The position numbers and the translations under genes are program-made. This document shows, one piece after another, positions 1-9,955 of a stretch of 64,000 nucleotides of DNA. The stretch comes from an uncultured Planctomycetaceae bacterium (GTDB lineage: Bacteria > Planctomycetota > Planctomycetia > Planctomycetales > Planctomycetaceae), in NCBI GenBank assembly GCA_963813715.1, contig CAWFAK010000005.1, positions 512,001 to 576,000 of the forward strand, read 5' to 3'. The notes beneath the pieces were generated by a model. It was not told where the DNA came from. It saw nothing but the letters and a program-made list of their open reading frames with translations, and searched no databases. Numbering within the stretch: the stretch's first letter is position 1; each line of letters begins with the position of its first letter.

Positions 1-172
1 CCGAAAACCGTGCTTGTTCCTACGAGGGGGCCGGTCGCTCGCTCCGCAGCTGTCGGGCGCCCGCCGGACTGAGCCGGAGGCAAAGCCCGATTTACGCAGA
101 GGGTCTGGATTTTGAAGCTCGAGAAAGGTCACAATCACGGCTCGACGAATGTGAAATCGCGAGGGCCAGACG

Positions 173-1558
173 ATGAGCGATGAGTGGTACTCAGTTGTGG
201 TCAGCGGGAACCGTGGTCCAATTGCGATCATTGGCCGGGCGTTGATTCTCATCGCCGCGGGCGGAACGTTGTTTGCCGCGACGCAGCAGTCGCTTGAGCC
301 GGTCCAAAAAGCCACTGAAATCGCCGCTGTCGCGAGTCAGGATTCGCCCACCCGCAGCTCAAACTCGGCACAACCCGCCGCCTCTCGCGACAGTTTCGAC
401 ATCCCTTGGCCGAGTGGCGAGCGCGAAGCCACTACCGACCAGGTCGACACGGGGAAGCTTCAAAAAATCATCCACGAGCACAACAAGCTGTACGCGCAAT
501 GGAAGCGGGAGCGCCACAACTACCAAGAGCTGAGCAACCGGTTGACGAAAATCGGGACCAATCTACAAGGACTGATGAACCGGGCCGACGCCGTCGGCCA
601 GACGATGAACAAGATTCGCGGCGTCCTCGGCGATCAGAATCTCTCAGACGCAGAAATCTTCGCGCCCCCGGAAACGCCGCGATGGGTGCAGTCGCTGTCC
701 AAAACTTACACATTGCGAACGGGCGAGATGGGGAGGCTGAATGCCAAAGCGACGCGCGCAGTCAACGATTTCAACGCGACGCTGACCAAGCTCGACACCA
801 ATATGGCCAACCAGCGACAGACCCTTTCCCGGGCGACGGAGTTGCGAGGCGAGTGGGTTCGGATCACGCGGCCATTCGGACTTTGGACCCGGCAAGACGT
901 GCCGATCTCGATCGAAACCTCGACGCGGTGGATCCTCGACAATGAGGTCTTCGCACCGGCCTATCTGTCGCGGTGCGTCGCCGAGATCCGCCAAAGAAAG
1001 TTCGACAAGGCCAGCGAGGACATCGAGCTGGCCATCAAACGCGACCCCACCTGGGTTGAGCTCTACGGACTGCAGGCCGTGTTGCAGGATCGAGCGGGCA
1101 AGCATGCGGACGTCGACAAATCCCTGCGAATGATTCGTCGCCTCAAGAAAAAATCGGCCTTCGTCGAAGTGTGCGAAGGAATCATTTCGTCGTGGCACCA
1201 AAATCTCGAGGGAGCAAAAACCAAGTTTGGCGCGGCGACCAAGCACGATGCCTCCGATCCGGCCGGACAGGCGCAACTCGCTCTCTTGCTGATGACGTTT
1301 CCCAAGAGCGAGCTGCGCGATCCCGCGGCCGCGGTCGAGGCGGCGACGGCGGCGTGCAAAACAACGTCCTGGAACCAGTGGTGGTGCCTCGACGTCTTGT
1401 CGCTGACTTATGCCGCCAGCGGCGACTTCGATCGGGCCATCGGCTGTGCCAATCGGGCCAAGGAGGCAGCCCCCAGCGACGTCCAATCGCTTCTCGACGA
1501 GCGAATCGCCAGTTACAAGAAGAAGCAGGTCCCCGGAGCCGCCGTTGGCGACTTGTGA
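173..1558 (+). CDS. Membrane-anchored coiled-coil / tetratricopeptide repeat protein
   Basis: N-terminal hydrophobic segment, coiled-coil middle, TPR-like helices and a C-terminal motif RDPAAAVEAATAAC..W....LDVLSLTYAASGDFDRA typical of planctomycete TPR proteins. Confidence 0.7.
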   Translation: MSDEWYSVVVSGNRGPIAIIGRALILIAAGGTLFAATQQSLEPVQKATEIAAVASQDSPTRSSNSAQPAASRDSFDIPWPSGEREATTDQVDTGKLQKIIHEHNKLYAQWKRERHNYQELSNRLTKIGTNLQGLMNRADAVGQTMNKIRGVLGDQNLSDAEIFAPPETPRWVQSLSKTYTLRTGEMGRLNAKATRAVNDFNATLTKLDTNMANQRQTLSRATELRGEWVRITRPFGLWTRQDVPISIETSTRWILDNEVFAPAYLSRCVAEIRQRKFDKASEDIELAIKRDPTWVELYGLQAVLQDRAGKHADVDKSLRMIRRLKKKSAFVEVCEGIISSWHQNLEGAKTKFGAATKHDASDPAGQAQLALLLMTFPKSELRDPAAAVEAATAACKTTSWNQWWCLDVLSLTYAASGDFDRAIGCANRAKEAAPSDVQSLLDERIASYKKKQVPGAAVGDL

Positions 1559-1631
1559 GTCCGGCCCAGACCATGCCGTTCTGCCACGATCCAACCTCTC
1601 GAGCTTCGCTCGGTCTCGACAAGGAGCCGCC

Positions 1632-2696
1632 GTGTACGTCCGCCGGTTGACCGTCCCTCGATTGATCGCCGAAAAACTGAAAACGCGATTCGTGTTCCTT
1701 ATTCTGGGCGCCGCCCTCTTCTTGTCCACACGCGCCGCGCGAGGCGACGAGCCTTGGGTCGTCTACGAGGGGCATGACGGGCCGGGTCGCGGCAAGAAGG
1801 TTGTCTTCGTAAGCGGGGACGAAGAATACCGCTCCGAGGAGGGGCTGCCCCAGCTCGCCAAGATCCTGGCGGCCCGACACGGTTTTCATTGCACCGTGCT
1901 GTTCTCCATCGACCCGAAGGACGGCACGATCAACCCCAACCAGTCGAACAACATTCCGGGACTCGAGGCTCTCGACTCGGCTGACTTAATGGTCATTTTG
2001 ACCCGCTTCCGCGATCTGCCGGACGACCAGATGCGACACATAGTCAATTACGTCGAATCGGGCCGGCCGATCGTCGCCTTGCGGACGGCGACGCATGCCT
2101 TCGCCATCAAGAGCCACAAGACGTTCGCTCGCTACGACTGGCAGAGCAAGGAATGGGACGGCGGTTTTGGCCGGCAGGTGCTGGGAGAAACCTGGATCGC
2201 CCACCACGGCCATCACGGTCAGCAAAGCACGCTCGGGCTGATCGCACCGGGAATGCAAGATCATCCGATTCTCCGCGGCATTCATAACGGAGACATCTGG
2301 GGCCCAACCGACGTTTATGCCGCCCGGCTGCCTCAACCTGCAACCTGCCGGACGTTGGTGTTGGGCGAAGTGCTCTCCGGCATGCATCCGACCGATCCGC
2401 CGGTTGAAGGCAAACAGAACGATCCCATGATGCCGATCGCCTGGATCAACGCGTTTGCGTCGCCCTCCGGCAAACAGGCCCGCGTTTTCACCACGACGAT
2501 GGGCGCCTCCAAGGATCTCGAGAGCGAAGGCCTCCGCCGCCTCCTCGTCAACGCCTGTTATTGGGCCGTCGGTATGGAAGGCGAAATCGCGGCGAAGTCC
2601 AACGTCGACCTCGTCGGTTCCTACCGCCCGACTCCGTTCGGCTTCAACAAGTACACCCGCGGGATCAAGCCGTCCGCGCACGCCTGGTCTAATTGA
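1632..2696 (+). CDS. ThuA-like (class I glutamine amidotransferase-fold) exported protein
   Basis: GDEEYRSEE, LRTATHAF and RVFTTTMGA motifs; GTG at 1632 follows AAGGAG; signal peptide-like N-terminus. Confidence 0.75.
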   Translation: MYVRRLTVPRLIAEKLKTRFVFLILGAALFLSTRAARGDEPWVVYEGHDGPGRGKKVVFVSGDEEYRSEEGLPQLAKILAARHGFHCTVLFSIDPKDGTINPNQSNNIPGLEALDSADLMVILTRFRDLPDDQMRHIVNYVESGRPIVALRTATHAFAIKSHKTFARYDWQSKEWDGGFGRQVLGETWIAHHGHHGQQSTLGLIAPGMQDHPILRGIHNGDIWGPTDVYAARLPQPATCRTLVLGEVLSGMHPTDPPVEGKQNDPMMPIAWINAFASPSGKQARVFTTTMGASKDLESEGLRRLLVNACYWAVGMEGEIAAKSNVDLVGSYRPTPFGFNKYTRGIKPSAHAWSN

Positions 2697-2699
2697 TCC

Positions 2700-3188
2700 C
2701 TAGAGTCCGAGCCTTGTGCGGATCTCGGCGGCGATGGCTGGCGGCGGTTGCTCGATGTCGACGCGGATCGCGTCTTCCGGAGGCTCGAGCGCCTCGAACT
2801 GGCTCTCCAGCAGTGCCGGGTTCATGAAATGCCCCTTGCGGTCGGCCAAGCGCTCCCGGAGCGTCTCTCGCGAACCGGACAGGTAAACGAATCGGATCGC
2901 CGCTGGATCGTGACCCTCGAGGTAGTGTTGGTAACGGTGTTTGAGGGCCGAGCAGGCGAGGACGACGTTCTCGCCCCGGCGGACGGCCTCATCAAGGCGG
3001 TGCCGAATGGCGTCGAGCCAGGGCCCCCGGTCGTCGTCGTTGAGCGGAATGCCCCGCCGCATCTTCTCGACATTAGCCGGCGGATGAAAATCGTCCCCTT
3101 CGACGAACGTCCAGCCCAACGCGCCGGCCAGGAGCTTGCCGACGGTCGACTTGCCGGTCCCGGTCACTCCCATCAGAACGATGATCAC
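2700..3188 (-). CDS. gntK: Gluconokinase (GntK/IdnK family)
   Basis: Walker A GVTGTGKS, EGDDFHP..NVEKM..GIPLNDDDR, CSALK, HFM..LLESQFEALEPP. Confidence 0.93.
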   Translation of the reverse strand: MIIVLMGVTGTGKSTVGKLLAGALGWTFVEGDDFHPPANVEKMRRGIPLNDDDRGPWLDAIRHRLDEAVRRGENVVLACSALKHRYQHYLEGHDPAAIRFVYLSGSRETLRERLADRKGHFMNPALLESQFEALEPPEDAIRVDIEQPPPAIAAEIRTRLGL

Positions 3189-3280
3189 GCTCAGAACTCC
3201 GAAGGACAGTTTCCAATTCTAGAATCGGTCGCTGGGGCTAGTGGGCGCGGCAGTTCCCGCCGACTCCAATCCGGTCCAAC

Positions 3281-3935
3281 GTCCCATCGAGTCTCGTATC
3301 CCGTCCCAATCCCAGAGACTTTCCCCCCTCGCCCCTTGCGGGAGAGGGGTCGGGGGTGAGGGGGTCCTCCCGTTCCATGTCCCGATCCCCGCCCGTCCCG
3401 TGCAATTCAGTCGTGTCCCGTTTCGTGTCCTAGTCCCGCGGTTCTCCCGACGATCTGCTGACAGGTCAAATTCGCCGGCATTTTCTCGGTGAAACAACGT
3501 GTCCCGTCCCGCGGTGAGTTCCAAGTCCCGCGGAAGCGGCCAGTCTCTTTCCGTCTCGACTTCTCGGTCCCGTCCCTGTCTTTCCCCCTCGCCCGCCCGC
3601 TTCGGGTGGGAGAGGGTTGGGGTGAGGGCCAAATTCGTCGAGTTTTCTCGGTGAAACAACGTGTCCCGTCCCGTGTCCCGACCGCGCCGGCCGCTCAGAG
3701 AACCTGGGACCACGCGCCCGCGTCCGACCTCCATGCGGCCCGCGCGGTGGGTCCAGTTTCGCATTCCCCCCTTATGTTAAATGTGGTCCCGTCCCGCCGG
3801 GACCGGTTTTTACAGGACCCGCCGGGACCACTTGTCCCACCGGCAACTTTCTTTCCGCGTGTCCCGTCCCGCGTATCAGTCCAAAGTCCCAGGTCCAAAG
3901 TCCAAAGTTTCCGAGAGGCGGGTCCGCCGGTCCCC
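3281..3935. repeat. GTCCC-rich tract containing a ~45-bp imperfect direct repeat (31-bp identical core at 3481-3511 and 3643-3673)
   Basis: About 21 GTCCC copies on + and 3 on - by hand count; core TTTTCTCGGTGAAACAACGTGTCCCGTCCCG occurs twice. Confidence 0.85.
3323..3628. repeat. Two REP-like palindromic units (CCCCTC..CC...GGGAGAGGG..GGGGTGAGGG) at 3323-3364 and 3584-3628
   Basis: Two similar GC hairpin units resembling a widespread extragenic palindrome family. Confidence 0.7.
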
Positions 3936-3967
3936 GACCTTGGACCTTGGACTTCGGACCTTGGACT
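3878..3967. repeat. Inverted pair of heptamer tandem repeats, (AGTCCAA)n then (TTGGACC/T)n
   Basis: About 4 units at 3878-3908 and about 4 reverse-complement units at 3936-3967. Confidence 0.75.
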
Positions 3968-4049
3968 CACCGGAAAGCGTCCGGACCGGACTTCGACCGT
4001 CCGCAGTCGGCTCACCGACGCTGCCGGGAATCTTTTTCTCCCCTATGTG

Positions 4050-4085
4050 AAAAAGGATCCCCACCACCGCCGGGGATCCTTTTTT
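4050..4085. terminator. Possible bidirectional intrinsic terminator
   Basis: AAAAAGGATCCCC-9 nt loop-GGGGATCCTTTTTT perfect hairpin downstream of the HEPN gene; a third GGGGATCCTTT copy at 4094-4104. Confidence 0.5.
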
Positions 4086-4341
4086 GTCCCGGCGGGGATC
4101 CTTTCACCAGCGGCCGAGACTCTGCAGACCGCAGACGCCGCGCAACCGCGCCGAGAGAAGCGGATCGCAATCCGCGCGCAGGCGATCGCTCGCGTGCAAA
4201 AGCCGCTCACTCTATTGAGCCACAAAAGCCCGATTCGGCCAAGATCAGTTTCGCGAAATTCGGGAGTGGCCAGCCGCGCGAGTTTGGCCGCTGGTCGGAC
4301 ACGCCCGCGCGTCTGCCAATTCCGCCACAGGGCCACGGGAG

Positions 4342-5055
4342 TTACAGGGCGACGCCGGAATCTCTGTACTGCTTTCCGTTTGTAAAGGTCTCAAGACTCG
4401 AAAGAACGCCCCGCATAAATAGCACGATCTCGCTCGTCGCTTTGATGAGGTCGGCCGCAGTTACTTGCCTGCCACATTCCGCAAACGACTCGTCCCCGTG
4501 TGCCAAATTGTTTCGCTTGGACTTTACCGTGACTAGGGCTGCGCCTCCCAGTGCCGCGCTGTCTACGGCCATCGGCACACCGTGAGCATGGCATAGCTTT
4601 CGGATCTTTTCCGCGTCGAGGGTTCCTCCGTACGGAAGAAGATCCTTGCGCAGCGCCGCGACCGTCTTCTTCGCGATCTCGTCCACAATGCTGTTGGCAA
4701 TCTTCATGTACACATTTGGAGATCCGTCGAGCGGCTTGACCACTCGGTTCTTCTGTACAATCCATTGATTTCTCAGCGTTGCGGTTAACTCGATGCCGCA
4801 CAGCTGATCGCTTTTTATTGCCTGAAAGACCTCTTCAAAACCCTTCCTGATAAACGCTTCCACTAAGTTGTACAGGACCAGGTACAAAGACCCTTTGAGC
4901 ATCGGCCCCCAGTCCTGTGGTACCGGCTGTATCTGCGTCCCTCCCTCATCGACGTATGCCACTGCGTCGAACTCAACGGCAACGAGGAGGTCGCAGAACA
5001 ACTCGATTTCGCGCACCCGCTCTTCGAAGGCGTCCATCACATCCGCAAACATCAT
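4342..5055 (-). CDS. HEPN-like nuclease (MAE_28990/MAE_18760 family)
   Basis: LYNLVE motif, GxLDAxKIR and RNNLAHG (RxxxxH); 4-bp overlap with the upstream DUF262 gene. Confidence 0.85.
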   Translation of the reverse strand: MMFADVMDAFEERVREIELFCDLLVAVEFDAVAYVDEGGTQIQPVPQDWGPMLKGSLYLVLYNLVEAFIRKGFEEVFQAIKSDQLCGIELTATLRNQWIVQKNRVVKPLDGSPNVYMKIANSIVDEIAKKTVAALRKDLLPYGGTLDAEKIRKLCHAHGVPMAVDSAALGGAALVTVKSKRNNLAHGDESFAECGRQVTAADLIKATSEIVLFMRGVLSSLETFTNGKQYRDSGVAL

Positions 5056-6107
5056 GCCTCCCCAGCCAGTAGCTGATCGCGAACGAATTCAATGCGGCCA
5101 GCGAGGCGCGTTGCGGAATTGCTTCCGTGTGTCGTGGTGTGCTCTTTGAATTCTTGGGATTCAGTCCAGAGTGGCACGCCAGTCGGTACTAGATCGGGTT
5201 TTTTGCGTAATGCGAGATTGGTCCCGACTGCGATTGCCTCGAATCGCACGCGAGGAGTGGTCGTTGCATTCGCCGACTTCGCAAATCCAAACGGAAAGTA
5301 CTTTTGGACAAAGCGCATCGTTCTTTCGAACTCTTGCGAGAGCTTAGGTTCGTCGAAAGCGTCCTTATGGTCCTTGACAAAATCATCGAGAAAGTTGTCC
5401 ACGTCATGCGTGAATGACTTGTATCCTTCCGAGTATGCGAAGAATCTGGTCACAAGCTCTAGCGGCTCTCTCCGGAGATTCATTCTCTTGCTGAAGGGAC
5501 AAGTTTGCTTGAAAACCGGATCGTCCGCGCACTTCTCGAGAAAATCGACGAATGGCCCCTTGATGGCACCGCGCCGACGCTCGCTCGCCGTGATGGGGTG
5601 TCCCGACTTGTTGATCCTCTCGAATAAGTCCCGTCGGCTCTCTTCTGTGGTTTCCTGATCGAGAATCACGATTCTGAGTGCACGGCTTGTGAATTTCTCC
5701 CTTTGGCTCTCGGAGAGGCTCCTGAAGCGAAACCCATTAAGAGCAGTAAGCTTCTTCAGTCCGCTGAGCTCAAGGCTGTTCGACACAAAATCATCCAGGG
5801 TTTGGATGCGTTGAACCCCATCGACGATTTCAAATGTTCCTTCGTCGTCCTCGGCCAGGAACATCATAGGAATGGGGAGGCCCATAATTACCGACTCGAC
5901 GAAGTAGCTCTGGTCTTGTTCATTCCAGATGAATTCACGCTGGTATTGCGGGATCGTGAACTTGTTCTTCTGGAAGCGCGCGACAATGGTTTCGACCGGG
6001 AAATCCCGGGTGTCAAAGCGGACTTCTTTCTGGATTTGCCGAATTTGGTGTTCGGCCTTAAGGCGTTCTTCCGGACTTTTTGGCTCGTAATCTGGAAAAA
6101 GGGACAT
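5052..6107 (-). CDS. DUF262 (ParB-like/GmrS-type) domain protein
   Basis: IPQYQREFIW, VDGVQR and LFERIN signature motifs. Confidence 0.9.
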   Translation of the reverse strand: MSLFPDYEPKSPEERLKAEHQIRQIQKEVRFDTRDFPVETIVARFQKNKFTIPQYQREFIWNEQDQSYFVESVIMGLPIPMMFLAEDDEGTFEIVDGVQRIQTLDDFVSNSLELSGLKKLTALNGFRFRSLSESQREKFTSRALRIVILDQETTEESRRDLFERINKSGHPITASERRRGAIKGPFVDFLEKCADDPVFKQTCPFSKRMNLRREPLELVTRFFAYSEGYKSFTHDVDNFLDDFVKDHKDAFDEPKLSQEFERTMRFVQKYFPFGFAKSANATTTPRVRFEAIAVGTNLALRKKPDLVPTGVPLWTESQEFKEHTTTHGSNSATRLAGRIEFVRDQLLAGEA

Positions 6108-6213
6108 CGGCTCGGCTCCCCTTGGAAATGGGCTCGAGGTTTCGGAGTCATTCTGTCATACTTGCCGCGCGGCCACTGACACAATCTGCGCTTGGACAAT
6201 CGCGGCTTCAACC

Positions 6214-7410
6214 ATGACCGAACGCGCGACGGCCCGAATTTCACTAAGAACCGCCGGGATTTTCGCTGGCATTGGGGGCCTAGAACTCGGTCTCCGCAGG
6301 CAAGGACATTCGACGCGATTGCTGTCAGAAATCGACGCTACAGCTCAAGCCGTGTTGCGCAAACAGTTCAAGGGCGTGCCGATTCTAGGGGACGTCCGAG
6401 CAATCCAGGAACTTCCCGAATGTGATCTAATTGCAGCGGGATTTCCCTGCCAGGATCTGAGCCAATGCGGAAAGACAAACGGTATCAGTGGCCGCCATTC
6501 TTCGCTCGTAAGAGAGGTTTTTCGGCTAGTCGAGACTGCTAATCGGCGGCCGGAATGGATTCTTCTCGAGAACGTTCCGTTCATGCTCAAACTCGACGGC
6601 GGTCGCGCACTGGCCTTTATCACAAATGAGCTTCAACGATTAGGGTATCGTTGGGCGTACCGAACCGTGAATGCGATGGCCTTCGGAGTGCCGCAACGGC
6701 GGCTGCGAGTAGTTCTCCTAGCCGCGCGGGGAGCAGCCAAAGAACGCAATGTTCGCAGACAATGCCGTAGAGCCGGATCACCCGAATGTGGCGGCAGGTT
6801 ATGGCTTCTACTGGACAGAGGGTGCGAGGGGACTCGGATGGGCCGCTGACGCTGTTCCGACACTCAAGGGAGGATCGACGATTGGGATTCCTTCGCCACC
6901 CGCGATTTGGATACCAGCCGAGCGCCGACTGGCGACCATTGACATCAGAGATGCCGAACGGCTCCAGGGGTTCCCGGTGAATTGGACCGCGGGTGGTGCC
7001 GTAGGTGCAAGAGAAGGAGCGCGATGGAGGCTTGTCGGAAATGCAGTCTGTGTGAGAGTCGCATCGTGGCTTGGAAAACAGCTAGCCCATCCTGGCATAA
7101 TGACGTGTGAAGTTGGATCGTCCGTCAAGCGGGGTGATCGATGGCCCAGCGCCGCCATTGGGGACGACGGGGACGTGAGGGAAGTGCTGGCGTCGACTTG
7201 GCCGGTTGCCCGTCGACAACGACCGATTCTTTCGTTTTTGCGATTCCCCCTGCGCCTCTCTCCGCTCGTGCCACGGCTGGATTTTTAAGTAGAGCGAGGA
7301 AAAGCAACCTCCGATTCGAATCCGATTTTATTCCGGATGTCGCCCATCATCTAAAGACGATCTCGGCCGGAAGTAAAAAACGTGTTCGCCGATCGGCGAT
7401 TCGGTGCTAA
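6214..7410 (+). CDS. DNA (cytosine-5)-methyltransferase, split by two frameshifts (~6745 and ~7255)
   Basis: Motif I FAGIGG, motif IV GFPCQD, motif VI ENV, motif VIII QRRLR, motifs IX-X RLQGFP and LVGNAV spread over ORFs 6214-6849, 6749-7288 and 7141-7410. Confidence 0.9.
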
Positions 7411-7413
7411 ACG

Positions 7414-7818
7414 ATGGATACGCTAACGCCGGATAAACGCAGCCGGCTGATGGCCAAAATCCGCGACAAAGACACCAAGCCGGAATGGATCGTCCGTCGC
7501 TTGATCCATTCGATGGGTTTTCGGTTTCGCCTGCACAGAAAGGACTTGCCGGGAGGGCCAGATCTTGTGTTCCCTGCAATGTCGAAGGTCATCTTTGTTC
7601 ACGGGTGCTTCTGGCATCGACATCGATGCCGCTTGACTACGACACCGAAAACCAACGTTGGATTCTGGAACAATAAGTTTTCCGAGAATGTGCTGAGGGA
7701 CAAGAAAAACATTCGGAGACTCAAGGGATCCCACTGGCGGGTGCTGGTGATTTGGGAGTGTCAAACAAGAAATGCCGCACTTCTCAAGAAGCGAGTGCGC
7801 GAATTTCTCGAGAAGTGA
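7414..7818 (+). CDS. vsr: Very short patch repair endonuclease
   Basis: MD.LT...RS..M..IR.KDTKPE, PDLVF, IFVHGCFWHRH, IWEC. Confidence 0.93.
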   Translation: MDTLTPDKRSRLMAKIRDKDTKPEWIVRRLIHSMGFRFRLHRKDLPGGPDLVFPAMSKVIFVHGCFWHRHRCRLTTTPKTNVGFWNNKFSENVLRDKKNIRRLKGSHWRVLVIWECQTRNAALLKKRVREFLEK

Positions 7819-8153
7819 AACCGCCAGAGGCGATTTCGAACATTCGGGCTCGTCCTCTGGGCTTTGACGCTCATCGACCCGCACAGCCTCGACCGCTCCT
7901 CTCTGGAGCACTCGTGGTTTCGGGACTGCAATCTAAACGCCCGTGATTCAAACGTGCCCTACAGTAGTGCCTGCCAGTTGAAACCGGATTTTTAGGGTTT
8001 GGCACGGGAGTTCAGAACAGATCTGGCGAAATCAGAAAAGACGCCGTCGCCAGAACCCCGAGAACAGGCAGCGCGGCTGGAATGACGAACCGGATTCGGT
8101 CCGCCCGCCGGGAGCCGTGCGGGGCTCCATAGGAGTATCGCTGCGGCAATCAT

Positions 8154-8459
8154 CTAGAGAAGGACGGCTACCGTGCAGCCGATCGCATGTCGCGCGAATC
8201 GTGTGCTTATGCCGTCATTTCTAGCGGAGCTCGAATCGCGCCAAGCGGCGAAGGGACCGCTTTGCTGCGGCGAGCTTGGGGCTCGCCCGACTCCGCTTTT
8301 GCAGGATAGATCATGGAGCGTGATCGAAAGGTCGCGGGCCGTGTTGTAAGCCTTGTCTGCGGCCCGCAGCAGTTCGTCCGCGTGCGGAAAGCCCCGCGAG
8401 TTCATCCGCCTTCTCAGGGGGCCGAGATAGTGCACGTAAGGCGACACAAACACCGACAT
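8154..8459 (-). CDS. Small hypothetical protein, possibly degraded
   Basis: ORF with protein-like core YLGPLRRRMNSRGFP...AYN....LSITLHDLSC.SGVGR; start and end uncertain. Confidence 0.4.
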   Translation of the reverse strand: MSVFVSPYVHYLGPLRRRMNSRGFPHADELLRAADKAYNTARDLSITLHDLSCKSGVGRAPSSPQQSGPFAAWRDSSSARNDGISTRFARHAIGCTVAVLL

Positions 8460-8543
8460 TTTCCCGTGCTCAACGTGGTCAAGATTAACGCTGACGGCAG
8501 CGTTAACTCTGCTGCCGTGCGACTGTGCGACGATGAACCGCGT

Positions 8544-8900
8544 TCACGCTACGCGCAGGCTGGTGATGCCGACAAGGCTTAGGAAAATGGTGCCGTCAAC
8601 GTCGTCCTTGCAATACTGGACTCTTGCCGCACCTGTCCTGCCGTCCGCTAGCTCCACGCGAACGCAAATACTGAGCGGGCCGCCCGCCACTCGCATCGGC
8701 TCGCGAAACTGGTCGTAGGTGCATTCGATGTGGGCCACTCCGTACCAGAAATGCACTTCGTCAGAATAGACGTGCTCGAACAGATGGAATTGGCCGTGAA
8801 ACTTCTCACTTAGCAGTTCCGCTGTCTCGTTGTCTGCCGTGAATTGGAAACGGGCATCAATCTTTGAGTACGGAACGCTTACGGTTTCCATGTTGCCCAT
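8544..8900 (-). CDS. Hypothetical protein
   Basis: 118-aa ORF with normal globular composition; AAGGA just upstream. Confidence 0.5.
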   Translation of the reverse strand: MGNMETVSVPYSKIDARFQFTADNETAELLSEKFHGQFHLFEHVYSDEVHFWYGVAHIECTYDQFREPMRVAGGPLSICVRVELADGRTGAARVQYCKDDVDGTIFLSLVGITSLRVA

Positions 8901-9155
8901 TCCTTACGGCTCACAATCCCTCGATGACGAAGAAATCGTAGCCTGAGTTTGGCCGCTGGTCGCGGACAGGGAGGCGGCCCTCTTTGCGCGGGCCGGCCAC
9001 GATCGACCTGCAGCCCAGGGCACGTCGGTCTCGCGGCACGCGGCGATCAAAGTCGATAATATCGACAAGTGGGCATCAATGATGGCCCGCTCGACATCAA
9101 CCCGCGACAAGTCGCCTCGACAGCGGACCATCTCCCTGCCCGACGGCATGCAATC

Positions 9156-9944
9156 ATGTGGGACGCCAATCAGTACAACAAGTTCGCCGCTGAGCGAGCC
9201 CGCCCGTTTGTGGATCTGCTCGCGCAGGTCCAGCGCGGTCCCGACGACACGCGGCACATTGTCGATCTGGGCTGCGGTCCGGGAACGCTGACGCGGGAAT
9301 TGGCTGAACGCTGGCCCGAAGCGCGCGTCGTCGGCATCGACAATTCGCCCGAGATGCTCGCCAAGGCGCGGCCGCTGGCCATTCCTGGCCGGCTCGATTT
9401 CGTGCAGGTCGATTTGTCCCAGTGGTCGCCGCCCCAGCCCGTCGATTTCATTTTCAGTAACGCGGCTTTGCATTGGATCGACGACCATGCGGCGTTGCTC
9501 GCGCGTCTGGCTGGCTGGCTGGCGCCGGGGGGTACGCTGGCGGTGCAGATGCCCAACCGCTTCGATGGTCCGATTCAACGAGCGATCGACGCGTCGGCGG
9601 CTGACCCGCGCTGGGCGGCACAGCTTCAGGGAGTCGGCCTGCACAAAGCGTCGGTGCAGTCGGTCGAGTGGTATGCCCGGCAACTCGAGGACCTGGGATT
9701 CACCGTCAACGCCTGGGAAACGACCTACGTGCACGTCCTCACGGGCGAGAATCCTGTGCTCGAATGGTTTCGCGGCTCAGGTCTGCGGCCCTTGCTGGCG
9801 CGGCTGAACGACGCAGAGCGGGAGCAGTTTTCCGGGCAACTGGCCGATCGCTTCCGTGCTTTATATCCGCCGCGCAAAGGCACGACGCTCTTCCCGATGC
9901 CGCGGCTGTTCTTTGTGGCGATCCGAGCGACGACAGTGCCTTGA
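9156..9944 (+). CDS. tam: Trans-aconitate 2-methyltransferase
   Basis: MWD..QY.KFA.ER.RPF.DLL, VDLGCGPG, SNAALHW, LAVQMP, GSGLRP. Confidence 0.9.
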   Translation: MWDANQYNKFAAERARPFVDLLAQVQRGPDDTRHIVDLGCGPGTLTRELAERWPEARVVGIDNSPEMLAKARPLAIPGRLDFVQVDLSQWSPPQPVDFIFSNAALHWIDDHAALLARLAGWLAPGGTLAVQMPNRFDGPIQRAIDASAADPRWAAQLQGVGLHKASVQSVEWYARQLEDLGFTVNAWETTYVHVLTGENPVLEWFRGSGLRPLLARLNDAEREQFSGQLADRFRALYPPRKGTTLFPMPRLFFVAIRATTVP

Positions 9945-9955
9945 GCAGGGATTGA

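Noticed and set aside
3219..4585. ORFs overlapping the GTCCC tract (e.g. 3489-4385, 3219-3764, 3947-4585)
   Set aside because: Arg/Pro/Ser-rich translations of repeats, or antisense overlap with the HEPN gene; no recognisable domain.
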